From Vicugna vicugna (lineage: Eukaryota): DNA of 64,000 bases. Below are positions 52,601 to 64,000 of the stretch, one piece after another. The stretch is taken from assembly GCA_013265495.1 (NCBI GenBank), contig MU058718.1, positions 2,937,779 through 3,001,778 of the forward strand, read 5' to 3'. The position numbers were made by a program, and so were the translations under genes. Each line of letters begins with the position of its first letter. Within the stretch, counting starts at the first letter, position 1. Under the pieces are notes generated by a model. That model searched no databases. It was not told the origin of the DNA and worked only from the letters and a program-made list of their open reading frames with translations.

Positions 52601-54107
52601 TTTCTTAGAGCAAAAAGGAACTTGCTGAGATGTCAATGCTCCTCTCTCATCCTGCAGATTTTTGTCTCAGTGGCCTTGATGGAGCCCAGCACCAGGGAGC
52701 TCTGGTGCTGGCAAGGCTGCCCGTGGCCCACAACTGGAGACACACTGCCTTGGAAACCTTTAACATTCCTGGTGTTTTCAGGGACAAACACTGACCCACC
52801 TTCACCACTGGCACACAGATTCTACACTCCCTCCAGTCTCAGAGGTATGCGTATCCACAAATGTGCACTGTCTTCCTGGATTCTCCATGTAAAAATGGAA
52901 CTTATTAGCACTTCTCACACCATCCCTCCTGATCTTCTATCTGGGTCACGGGCATCTTTGAATTTCTCTTTGCCTCATTTCCTGCCCACGCCAGCACATG
53001 CAAACAATCATTAAGGCCTATTAATCTTTCTAATACACCCTTTTGTGTTTCTTTGTCACCACGGCCTGGATTATCGTCCTAACCTCCCACCTTGCCTCCT
53101 TTTTTCAAGATTATCTTCCTCACTGCTGTTAGAGTCCATTTTAAAATCACAAATCAGTTTATATTATCCCCTAGTTCAAAGAGTATGTCATAAACTCCTC
53201 ACTGTAGCCCAAAGGTCTGCCATAAACTGTCTCAATCCAGATTTCATCTTCATTTCTCCCCACCCTCCTCTACCACACACATCCACTCTAGCTACACCAG
53301 ACACAGTCTTCTTTCATGCCTCCAAGCCTTGGCACAGGCACTTCTCTCTGCCTGAATGCCTTTCCTCCTCTTCCCTTTCAAGACCCGTGTTGTCACCACC
53401 TTTACTGCATCCACTTTGAGACTCTCAAAACACTTTGCATTGTTTCCATCATGGCACACATTATATTATATTGAATCGTTTGTGAGCTTCTCTGAGTTAT
53501 TTACTTTTTATCTTAGCTGCCTAGTACAGTGCTAAGAAGTGTAAGAGAAATTCCAAGGAATCTTATTTGTATAAATCTTCCAAAAGTCAAGCTCTCCAGC
53601 CTCACAAAGTAGAGTTGGAGGAAACTTAGAGATCTCTGAGTCAACTCTCTCATTCCCTGATGAGCAAATCAAGACCCTCAGAGCTTACAGGAGTCCTCCC
53701 TTACTGAGTGCTTACTACCACGTTTCATCCTCATGATGTCCCATGAAGTAGGCATTTCTATCAGTACCTACTTCATAAAAGAGAAAAATGAGGTCTCTGT
53801 GTGTGTAAGCAATGTGCCCAAGGTCACATAGCTAGTTACCGGGTGAGATTAGACAGAATTCAGGTGTCCTTGGATTTGCCCTGGTCATCTTTCACCTTGT
53901 CTCACATGACTACTCACAATCTGAGGTGCCCCCTGAGTTATTCAACAAACACAAAGATGATACTTTACACAGAGAAATATAATGTTTTAGTGGAAATAAC
54001 CACATTATGACAGTGAGACTAGTTTTAGGTTCAGTTTTGTCTAGAGTTTTCTTATCTATTAAATAAAGAGAATTTACACTAGCTGTACCCACTTTTAACA
54101 TAAAACA

Positions 54108-54513
54108 CCATGGAAATAACCTACATGTCCATTGCTGAATAAATGGATAAAGAAAATGGGATCCATACGGTAGAATATTATTCAGCCATTGAAAAAAGGA
54201 AATTTTGCTATTTGCAACAGCAAAGATGGATGTTGAGGGTATTATGCTAAGTGAAATAAGCCAGAGAAAGACAAATATTGTATGATCTCATTTATATGTA
54301 GAATCTAAAAAGGCTGAACTAATAGAGGAGAATGATGGTTGCCAGTACCTGACAGGTGGGGGAAATGGAGAGATGCTGGCCAAAGACTACACACTTCTAG
54401 TTCTAAGATGAATAAATTCTGGGGCTATAATGTACAGCACGGTGACTATGGCTAACAATATTGCACTTTATACTTGAAAGTTGTTGAAAGAGTACATCTT
54501 AAATGTTCTCACC

Positions 54514-54546
<33 letters not shown>

Positions 54547-54695
54547 AAGGTAATCATGTGAGAAGATGGAGATGTTAGTTACCTTATTGTGGTAATCATT
54601 TTGCAATATATCTGTGTCTCAAATCATCCCGTTGTATACATTAAACTTACACAATGTTATAGGTCAATTATATTACAATAAAGCTGGAAAAAATA
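54108..54695 (+). mobile_element. L1MA-like 3' end with a (CA)n tract
   Basis: catggaaataacctacatgtccattg...ttatgctaagtgaaataagccagag...acaataaagctggaaaaa. (CA)n at ~54513-54546. Confidence 0.9.
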
Positions 54696-55199
54696 AAATT
54701 AGATATAAACATAAATTTAGATATATGAAAGTATTTAATGTACTCTATGATTTCAACTTGCAGGTACTTAGGCATTTCTTTTAAAACTATTCTGTTCATA
54801 ATGAAAGTACTCTGTGCTCATGATGGAATACTCAAAAACTACAAAAATAAATAGGAGAAAAATACCACCACCAAGATCGCTATTAACATTTGATATAATT
54901 CGTCCCAATTTTTTCCTATGAATTTTTTAATTTGTTTGACATATTTGTGATCATATAAAATTTAAATCTGCCACCATTTTTTTTCATTTTCCATTATGAC
55001 AATGGAAAACATTCTTCCATTATTACTATATAATCTTTAGGAGCATAACTTTTCATGGCTGCATAATAGTCCAACAACTACTCATACCATAATGCTCAGA
55101 GTGGCTGGATTCCTAATAGAATGATATTTAAAAGCATGAAATCCAGCAACTTGGTAGAATGATAGCATTAACAACTGACAAGAACCTCCAAGCTCTCTA

Positions 55200-55540
55200 G
55201 TCCACTGTTTCTTGAAGTGTTGTCCTCAGATCAGCAGCACCTACATCACCTGGGAGCTTGTCAGCATTGCAGCCTCTTGGGCCCTACCCCAGAACTACTG
55301 AATTCAAATCTGCATTTTAACTAAATAACCAGTTGATTTCTGTTCACATACTATGTAAGAAGGAGTAACTAAAAACAGTAGTTCTCAAGCTTGGCTGCAG
55401 TTTTGAATCATTTGGAAAGATCTTCAAAACCCTGATGTCCATGTTACACTGGAGACAAAATGAGAATCTCTAAGAGGGGGACCCAAGCCTCAGTCTTTCT
55501 TAAAGCGGCCCTGGTGATTCCAGTGTGCTTGAAAGCCATA
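55200..55540. mobile_element. Two adjacent MER5-like MITEs
   Basis: cagatcagcagcacctacatcacctgggagcttg...gaattcaaatctgcattttaac, followed by cagtagttctcaagcttggctgc...ggtgattccagtgtgc. Confidence 0.7.
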
Positions 55541-56974
55541 GGAGGCCCTGAGACCCGGCTGACCTTAAACGGATGAGATGTTTAAGCATCCCGCTCTCCC
55601 TAGTGCTTTTCACAAGGTCCCTCTATACATTTCAATGGGAAATTCTGGTGAAACAAGACAACGCAAAAACAAAACAACACAACAGTGGAAACAAAATAAG
55701 ACTTCACAATGCTTTTAATTTACATTGCAAAAATTCTTAAAACTTCCCGTTTGTGTTTTCCTTTTTTGCCCCTCCCTAGACTCCTTCTCCCTCCCCACCC
55801 CACCCAGGGATTCCTGGACTTGATTCTCTCTGGAGATCAGGCTCAGGGACCACAAAAAGAGTGAGTTTCCTGTATCACAGAGCAAAGAAGCAGTAGAAAG
55901 ACTACTTGATTTCTTCTCAGTAATCATATTTGTACCGGCACATTCTCCTACTTTCAAGCTCCAAATCCAGTTTCTCCTATACTCCTGTGTTTAGGCAAGC
56001 CGGTGGATTTGGAAGCTCCAGTTCTGTCTACACAATGCCACAACCATAGGTTGACAGAAAAGTCAAGGTCACAGTCATGAACTGGTTTTCTCAATTTTCT
56101 CTTCAATGAATTGACCACTTAAAAAACAAACACTTGCGTTAACTGGGAAGCCTGTGGCCTCCCAGCCCTGCAGAGCATTGACCCACATTGAACTCTGGGA
56201 CCAGGAGGAGGATACGCTTTTTCAAAACCTAGGACTCAGCACTGTTTCCCTTTTTACAAAAACTGGGATCATAACCTGTACTCTGAATATTTTGACTTTT
56301 GTCGAGAATGTTATAATGGAACCCTGGGCACATGGCATGACACTTGGTCAACTAAAAATGATATTTAAATTTTTTAACCTTTACTCCCAGTGTTACGGAC
56401 TTCAACCATCCTGGTTCTAATTGATTTCAGTGTTTAACCCCTATTTTATATCTGTCTTAAATTAAAACATTTATTTTAAAAACTTACATTTTAAACTCTT
56501 TACTCTTAAGAAGTACAAAAACTTTTAAACAGGTATCTCACTGGTCATTGCCAACTGAGTATAAGCATTTACTTCTTTTTCTTCTTGATAATCACAACAG
56601 ATTCAAGATTTTTTTAGGGTCTAAAAAGAGAATGGGATGGGTGTATCAGGTCATCAAATCATCAGCTTATGAGATATTTTGAAATTGTCTGGAAGAGAGA
56701 AAGTGGTTCGAAGAATGGTGACTGGGAAAAAGGGAAGCTGGGGCATTTATGCACCAACACCCCATTCCCCTAGGTCCCTAGGTGGGGAGCTGCCCTGTGA
56801 CTGAGGCTTTGCATAGGTCACAGGAGGAGCAACTGCCAACATGAGGACACATCTGAGTTGCTCAGAACCATTTCAGCTGCCACTGCGGTCTAAGGTGGGC
56901 TGCAGGGATGTAAGGCTGGCACCAGAGGTGGCGCTACAGCCACGTATGGAAGAGGAAGAGCCAGAACTCAGTTC

Positions 56975-58515
56975 TACATCTGAACATGACATTCCTGCTT
57001 AAAATTGCCATGGACTTCCCCGCTGCCTAGGCTGAGGGACAGGAGTGGGCTTCAGATCCTTTAAGCCCTGAAACTCTGTGTGATGTGCATTTTAGGGGGT
57101 GAGAAGGTCTGTAATTTTCATCATATTTTCAAAAAGGTCCATGACAAGTGTTTAAGAACCACAAACCAATCATTGAAAAGTCCACAAACGACAAATGCTG
57201 GACAGGGTGTGGAGAAAAGGCAACCCTCCTACACTGTTGGTGGGAATGTAGTTTGGTGTAACCATTATGGAAAATAGTATGGAGAGTCCTTCAAAAACTG
57301 AAAACAGACTTACCCTATGATCCAGCAATCCCACTCCTGGACATACATCTGGAGGGAACTCTAATTTGAAAAGATAAATGCACCCTAATGTTCATAGCAG
57401 CACTATTTATAATAGCCAAGACATGGAACCAACCTAAACGTCCACCAACAGATGACTGGATAAAGAAGTTGCAGTCTGTTTATACAATTGAATACTACTC
57501 AGCCATAAAAAGGAATAAAATAATGTCATTTGCAGCAACATGGATGGACCTGGAGGTCATCATACTAAGTGAAGTAAGCCAGAAAGAGAAAGAAAAATAC
57601 CATATGATATCACTTATATGTGGAATCTAAAAAAAAAAAAAAAAGACAAATGAACTTATCTACAAAACAGAAAGAGACTCACAGACATAGAAAACAAACT
57701 TACAGATACCAGGGGAAAAGAGGGGTGAAGGGATAAATTGGGAGTTCAGGAGTTGCAGATACAAACTACTATGTATGGAATAGATAAACAATGTCCTACT
57801 GTACAGCACAGGGAACTGCATTCAATAGCCTATTGTAATAGCCTATAATGAAAAAGAATATGAAAAGGAAAAAAAATCTAAAGACTAATGGAAATAAATC
57901 CAAGTTTTTTTTAACTGTTTTTTTAAAAAAAAAAGAACCACAAACCAAAAGCCCCAATCCTGAACATGGCAGGTTATGTGACGCACAGATGACAGGTTAG
58001 GCACAGTCCAGACTAACCGATCTCTCTCTGGAGCCTCACCTCCTGCCAGTGGCCTCCCTCCATCCTCCCCAGCTCAGTGAACACTAAGTTCCACTCATAG
58101 AACTTCTCACCAACCTCAAACAGGCCATAAGCCCTTTAACACCTCTTTGATCTAACACATGCCTTTCTCTCTGCCAGGAATGCTATTCCCCCTTTGCCAC
58201 TTCCTCTGCCCCTTCTCTGCCTGGTGAATTACCTCTTATCCTTTAAGACTCAGCAATAAAATCATCTCTTCTGCTGTGCCCCCCTCTCTTTCCTCCTTTG
58301 CAGGCTCTTCCCCAATGGTTTCCTGATCTATCCACATGGCGATGAACGTGGTGCTTACCCCTGGGTGTTTTAACTTCATGTGCTAGTCTCTTCCACTCAT
58401 CAGGGAACCCTTGAAGTCACAGACTACACCCTCACCACCCCAAACCATAACCTGCAACAGCAGACAAAAATATTGATGCAGCAAACTGACTGGGTTGAAT
58501 GAATGAAGGAATGGA
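56975..58515 (+). mobile_element. LINE-2 fragments interrupted by a hAT MITE (~57040-57165) and the L1
   Basis: catgacattcctgcttaaaa...cttccccgctgcctagg resumes after the L1 as aaagccccaatcctgaacatggc and ends gttgaatgaatgaaggaatgg. Confidence 0.6.
57170..57932 (+). mobile_element. 5'-truncated L1 with perfect 16-bp TSD and an atypical 3' tail
   Basis: ORF 57388-57630 is an L1 ORF2 C-terminal remnant. TSD aagaaccacaaaccaa at 57154-57169 and 57933-57948. Confidence 0.93.
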
Positions 58516-60767
58516 TGACCACATTTATCAGCTTGGCCACTCGTCTCCTTGGATCTAACAGAGAACCTGACCTTGGGAGGCTGGGATATTCATAACCAGG
58601 TTTCTGCTGAAGTTGTTAGAATCTGTCCTGGCCCAAATGTACATTTCTGGCTGATTCCTATACAGTTTTCCAGAACCACTATGGAAAACGAATAATCAGA
58701 ACAAGTAAGGAGACTTGGAAATTAATAATGGAATTGCTGACATAAAAAATTTCAGGAGTCTTTGGAAGGGAGAGTTATAGAAATGTCGGTAGAGAAGGCA
58801 GGGAAGGCTGGTGTGCATGTCTCTCCCTAAGGCATCCTGGACACACCTTCCCACAGAAGCACGTACTTGCCACCCTGCATTGCAACGGCCAGCTGATTGG
58901 TCTGTTACCCCCAAGAGACCGGGCTTCCTTGGGAGCTGGGACTGTGTCTCTTTCTACCCCATCACCTCTCATAGTGCGTGGTACGTGGTGGGTGCTAACA
59001 TACACATGTATTGAAAGACTGAATGATGAACACGTAAGGGAGTGAAGACAAGCTGTAGCTGGGCTCAGAGTTGAGGGAGGCTCTGTTGTAACCAGCTCTG
59101 AGGCTGGGGTAAAGCTGATGATGGCAAATCCCAGGGGCATCCCCCCTGGAGAAGGGCCGGGCTGGGGCACAGGCTTGTCCCCAGCTATTGGGAGCTTGCA
59201 TGAACAGGGGAAGGGAGAGCTGGGCAGACACAAGGAGTAGAAGTGCCGAGAACTGGCAGAGAAAGAAGGGGAGGGGAGAGCTCAGCCAGCAGTTAATAGT
59301 TGGTGAGAAATTACTAGATGCCAGACCCTGCATTAAGGGCTTTTCCTGCATTCCCTCACTTAAAGAAAACCCCCACCAAATAGCTATCATTTTTACTACA
59401 TCCATTTTCTACATGAAAAGGATAAGGCATACGGGTAAGTATCTAACCCAAAGTTCTAGAACTAGCTAGTGATGGAACTGAGATCTGAGGGGGAAAATGT
59501 CTGATCATGTTCCAATCACGGGGCTGGTGTTCCTGGAAAACAGTCCCATCTGTTGGGGGTTGGCCCCACTGGGAGCCCAGAGTGCTCGCTGGGTACCACG
59601 GCTCTGGGACCCAGCTGAGGATGGTGGCCGAGCCCTTTCCCAGATTACTGCAGTCTCCCTTTCCCAGAAAATGCTGTGTGGGAGAGAGTAAATAGCTGGG
59701 TTTGGGGCATAATGGTTTGCTTCTGTTTTGTGTTACTGGATTTGATGCACAGAAAATTGCCCAGAACCTCAAATAATTACAGTAAGACGACTCTGCTTCC
59801 TTCACGTGGCCACAGCAGACAGGCAGGAGCCCAGAGACATTGCAAAGTGAGTGCTGCAACCGTCAGATGGGAAAAGGCAGGGGCCTGGATTGGGAATTTC
59901 GGACAGAACCGCGAGCACCACGTGGCACTTGGCAGAAATGGGGAAAGGCCTCCCCTACCCCAACCTTGAAGTTCACTGACTTGCTTCATATAAAAAAAAA
60001 ATCACTTAATAAAAAGACCTTCAAGACATATAATTAAGTGGGAAAAATAACAAGTTGTAACACAATTCACATAGTGGGTACTACTTGTGTCAGGGAAAAA
60101 CGCCACGAGACAGTCTACAATCTGGACAACCATTCCCTGTCTGCTAACAGGGTCTGTCTCAGAGGAGGGGGCCAGATGGGAGAGACATTGGCTTAATCCG
60201 TATCTTTTTTTTTTTGCAGATTTCACACGACTATGATAATCACGTATCACTGAGCAATGAAACAAATAAAAATAAATTGGTTTTAAAAAGAGAAAAACAA
60301 AGTGAAAGACAACCCTGTTGTCTCTTTGTCAGTCAGGATTAGAATTGGTGCCTCAGTGACAATTTCTTTGGTCATCGTGACAAACCCCCCAGTGACCCCC
60401 ACAATTTTAAACTAGATGCATAATTCACTTCCCACCACCAGGTGCCTAGCAAACACCGATAGTTGTATAGTCTGTCCTGAGCCAGAAGAGACTGGAGAGG
60501 CCATGGGGTCCAGCATTATTGTAGATGAAGGAAGGGAGGTCATTGCCTTTCTCTGCCCTCCTCATTTTCCCCACTCTTCATCATTGGTTTCAGAGACTCA
60601 ACCCTAGGGCTACTGAGATATGGATAATTCATGAATGAGCCCAGGAGAGCCAGGGTCACTTGGACAGTAGCTCAAGGCCAGTGTCTCATTAGGGCAGAGG
60701 TGGTGGGTGAGGGCTTGGGGGCCTAGAAATAGTTCTTTGGAAAGGGTCTGCCCAGTCCCCCCCAGCT

Positions 60768-60920
60768 GGTGTCTGCATAGGTGTGCATAAATATGTGTGC
60801 ATTTGAGTGTGTGTGCACACATGTGGATGGGTGGTTGTGTGTATGTGTGCATTTGTGAATGTTTTTGTGTGTATTACTGAATGTATGTGTATGTGTGTGT
60901 GAGTGTGAGTATATGTGTGG
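60768..60920 (+). repeat. Degenerate (TG)n tract
   Basis: Interrupted TG/CA dinucleotide run. Confidence 0.85.
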
Positions 60921-61196
60921 AATGGAGGAGCTTTCTTTCCTTAAGCCAGAAGCCCAAGAAGATGTTGCAAGGTGCTTGGAGACCTAATGACACATTCTTG
61001 ACTCCTCAGAGGACTTCTTGGTACCCCACTGGAACTCAAGGATGGGGCAGAAGATAATCTTTACCTTATCTTGGAGGGAACACACTTCCCCTGCCTCTGG
61101 AAACTGACTCATCTCAGTTTTGGCTATATTGTCAATTTTCAATCAACACACCAGTTTCTCTGGCCCTCTGGAGACAACAGAGTGGAAAATGGGTAA

Positions 61197-61287
61197 TTAA
61201 CACGTTGATTGCCACGTCACCCAAATCTGGGTGATGGTTTTGTTTCCTCGGGGACACCCGATCCACAGTGGGCAATCAACATGTTAA
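61197..61287. mobile_element. piggyBac-like miniature element with TTAA TSD
   Basis: TTAA|CACGTTGATTGCC...GGCAATCAACATG|TTAA: 13-bp TIR with one mismatch and an internal 7-bp hairpin. Confidence 0.7.
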
Positions 61288-62384
61288 CAGTCCCCCTGGA
61301 GTGCCTCAGAACATCCAGCTTCAGCAGTAGGGAGGACACAAGTTTCGGCACTCAGAGTTTCCAGCTCCTCCAGACACGCCGGCAGTAATCCCCTTTACAG
61401 ATGAACAAACTATTTTGTGACTCCAGGTACTCCTTTTCAATAGGTTTCAGATTATATAATATAACCCACATCACATTATCAATCCTTGCAAAGTCCACAT
61501 ACCACCTCTAATCATAGAGGGGGCCCAGCTATAGAAAGAACCCTCTCCCAGATCCTACAGAAAATAAATCCTAACACAGTCTTGGTCTCCTGGATGTCTT
61601 TCCTTTGGGTTGGGGTATAGTGCCTCACTGCAGTGCCTTTTACAGTATGATATATGTTCTCTCTCTGCATCCTCAAGAGATGCAGAGAGAGAATATAGAT
61701 TTAAATAGAACATACATCTTTTGGAGTAAGACATGAGCAATGTAATTATACAGACTCTAAATACTTTGGGCATGAACACATTAAGAGAGGATGATTTATT
61801 TCTCTTGTTTAACATAGCAAAGGCCTGCCTGTGCAGACCCATCCTGCAAATGGAATAAATAACATAATGCAAATACATGTAAAGAAATCTGCAGAGATGT
61901 AAACAGCATAGAAAAAATAAGGACTGTGTAATGTGTTAGATGAGTAGCCAGGCAGGGCGGGGTAGAGATATAGTGAACTTTATGAAAAAAAGGTTGTGTT
62001 TTTGGCTGTTTTTTTGTTTTTTTGTTTTTTTTTTACTCCTCATGTAGCTCATACAGGCCATTTAAGGATATAATCTCAAGGATTGGGCCATATTCACAGG
62101 CTAGTGTTAATAGTAAGCAATAGTCTAGGGGGTTGGGAATGAACGGATGTGGAGAGGGCCTGGGAGAGAGTCAAGGTGGAAAGTGAACTTTTCCCTGGAA
62201 AACAAGAAGGACAAGGAGGATGCAAAGAACATGACACACTGCAGAGTTTCCTCGCGGCATCATCCCACCCAAGGGCTGCTCCCTTAGTGTTTGTTGAAAG
62301 AGATACAATGGGCCATAGAATCTTCTCTTCACCTTTCCCGGTTCTCTTAAGCTTATTGTGTCTAGCCTCTTAACTTAACTTTAG

Positions 62385-62742
62385 TTTTTTGGGGTTTTGT
62401 TTTTTGGGTTTCTGGGGGTTTTTTTCTACTTTTTTTTTTTGTAAGTTGAAGTATAGTCAGTTTACGGTGTGTCAGTTTCTGGTATATAGCATAATGTTTC
62501 AGTCATACAGGTACATACATATTCCTTTCCATATTCTTTTTCATTATAGGTTACTACAAGATATTGAATATAGTCCCTGTGCTATACAGTAGAAACTTGC
62601 TGTTTACCTGTTTTATTTATAATAGTTAGTATCTGCAAATCCTGAACTCCCAGTTTATCCTTTCCCAGCTCCTCCCTCCCCACCAACCGTAAGTTTCTTT
62701 TCTACTTCTGAGTCTGTTTCGTAAGTTCATTTGTGTCTTCAG
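62385..62742 (-). mobile_element. Artiodactyl-type L1 3' end
   Basis: T-rich tail, then gttgaagtatagtcagtttac...cattataggttactacaagatattgaatatagtccctgtgctatacagtag. Confidence 0.9.
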
Positions 62743-63439
62743 ATTTTTAAGTGGTTTTTATCCCTGGCTCAGTCATTTCCTTGAAACAAGGTTATTTTAA
62801 GAATACTGTAGAATGATCTTTGTTTGTGCTAAGGCTGAATGGGCCAGCATTCCTTGTTAGGCTATTTACCTGAACTGGAAAATATGCTGGATGCACAAGT
62901 GATCAATCGCCCAACGCCTCTCCCCGAAGTCACCTCTCTCAACCCACCATGAGGTTCTGTAGCTTGCTCAGAGCTGAGTTCTAGGCACCTGGGGATGCCT
63001 AGCGCTTGTGTCCTAATAGACATGCCAAGCTGTTGAGCTCAACTGTGAACCGCCGGAACAATTTCCCTCCGAGAGCGCACCATCATGCACATGAGCACAT
63101 CCTGGCTACGTCTAGCTGTCTGCAAGTGCTGCGGGTCTTAATGCAAGCTGCCTGACCATAGGACAAAACCAAGGGCTCTTGTGAGCCACTCTGCATCCCG
63201 TGTCCCGCATCCCTTGTCCTCAGAAGAGCTGGTGTTCTCCTGCCCTTACTGCCCACCTGCTCACACCTCCCCTCCTCTGCTCCTCCCTCCAGACAACTCA
63301 CTTTAGGGACTTGCCTTCACTGCAGAAGGCAGGACATCTTTATAGCAAATATCCTTCATAAAAGATGCTGGAAACTGGCAGATATTTAATGCTTATGTGC
63401 CCGTCATTATATGAGTTGTTAGTTGTTTTGAAAGTATTA

Positions 63440-63605
63440 TCTTATTTAACGCTTGAAAAAGTCCTCAGAGGATTTTTTCTTTTTCCTTACTGGAGAACTG
63501 AAAAACTGAGGCTCAAAGGGAGTGAGCAGTCCCTTCCAGATTGTAGAACTAGTGACAGGCAGACTTGGTTCCCAAACCCCAGTGGGGGTTTGATGCCAAG
63601 GCCCT
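63440..63605. mobile_element. MIR SINE
   Basis: gaaaaactgaggctcaaagggagtgagcag...agaactagtgacaggcag. Confidence 0.6.
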
Positions 63606-64000
63606 TGTTCGGCTATCTCCCAGGAAAATTCATTTTGTTCCCCATAGGAAAGGATGAAGAATACCTAAGGTATTATAATTTTGTTCTATTCTTCCATCCA
63701 TCAGAGGAAAAAGGGTTTTTCATTATACATTTTTCCTTTTTATAAAACTAATTACTTGTTTGCAGAAAATCACATAGGAAACACAGTGAAGCAAAAAGAA
63801 GAAAAAAAATCACTTGTACCCCACTACTCAAATAAAACACGCCTAAATTTTGGTATGGATCTCTGAAGATATATTTGATTAGAACACTTTTTATGGGTTC
63901 ATGTTGTACAAAGAGTTAACGTTGGACACTTAATTTGATGCCAATAAGTGGTTCTACCACATTCAATTGTGTAGATGCACCACAATTAAACCAATACCAA

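Noticed and set aside
56918..56938. CTCF-like AGGTGGCGCTA
   Set aside because: The 5' half fits the CTCF consensus poorly, and the site appears to be the end of an old MaLR-like LTR.
57388..57630. ORFs with real protein similarity (also 42573-42776 and 5883-6065)
   Set aside because: They are fragments of L1 ORF2 in truncated, decayed elements, not host genes.

Overview
This is mammalian genomic DNA, most likely camelid (Camelus/Vicugna/Lama), judged from two vic-1-like tRNA-derived SINEs and artiodactyl-type L1 3' ends. I find no convincing protein-coding exon: the ORF track is explained by chance ORFs, low-complexity DNA, GC-rich CpG-island ORFs and L1 ORF2 remnants. The main landmark is a ~1.8 kb CpG-island promoter (~20.5-22.3 kb) with two minus-strand splice donors, which suggests alternative non-coding first exons of a gene transcribed leftward. 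If so, 1-20.8 kb is first intron and 22.3-64 kb is upstream or intergenic DNA. I cannot name the gene. The rest is a dense transposon record (L1, L2, MIR, ERV solo LTRs, hAT/Tigger MITEs, microsatellites); family names are from recall, not a database search. I see no novel multi-gene system. The best oddities are an 83-bp TTAA-flanked piggyBac-like mini-element, a 43-bp sequence apparently copied from 2 kb away, an L1 whose normal terminus is replaced by a foreign AATAAA-bearing tag inside perfect TSDs, and a perfect 15-bp inverted repeat.
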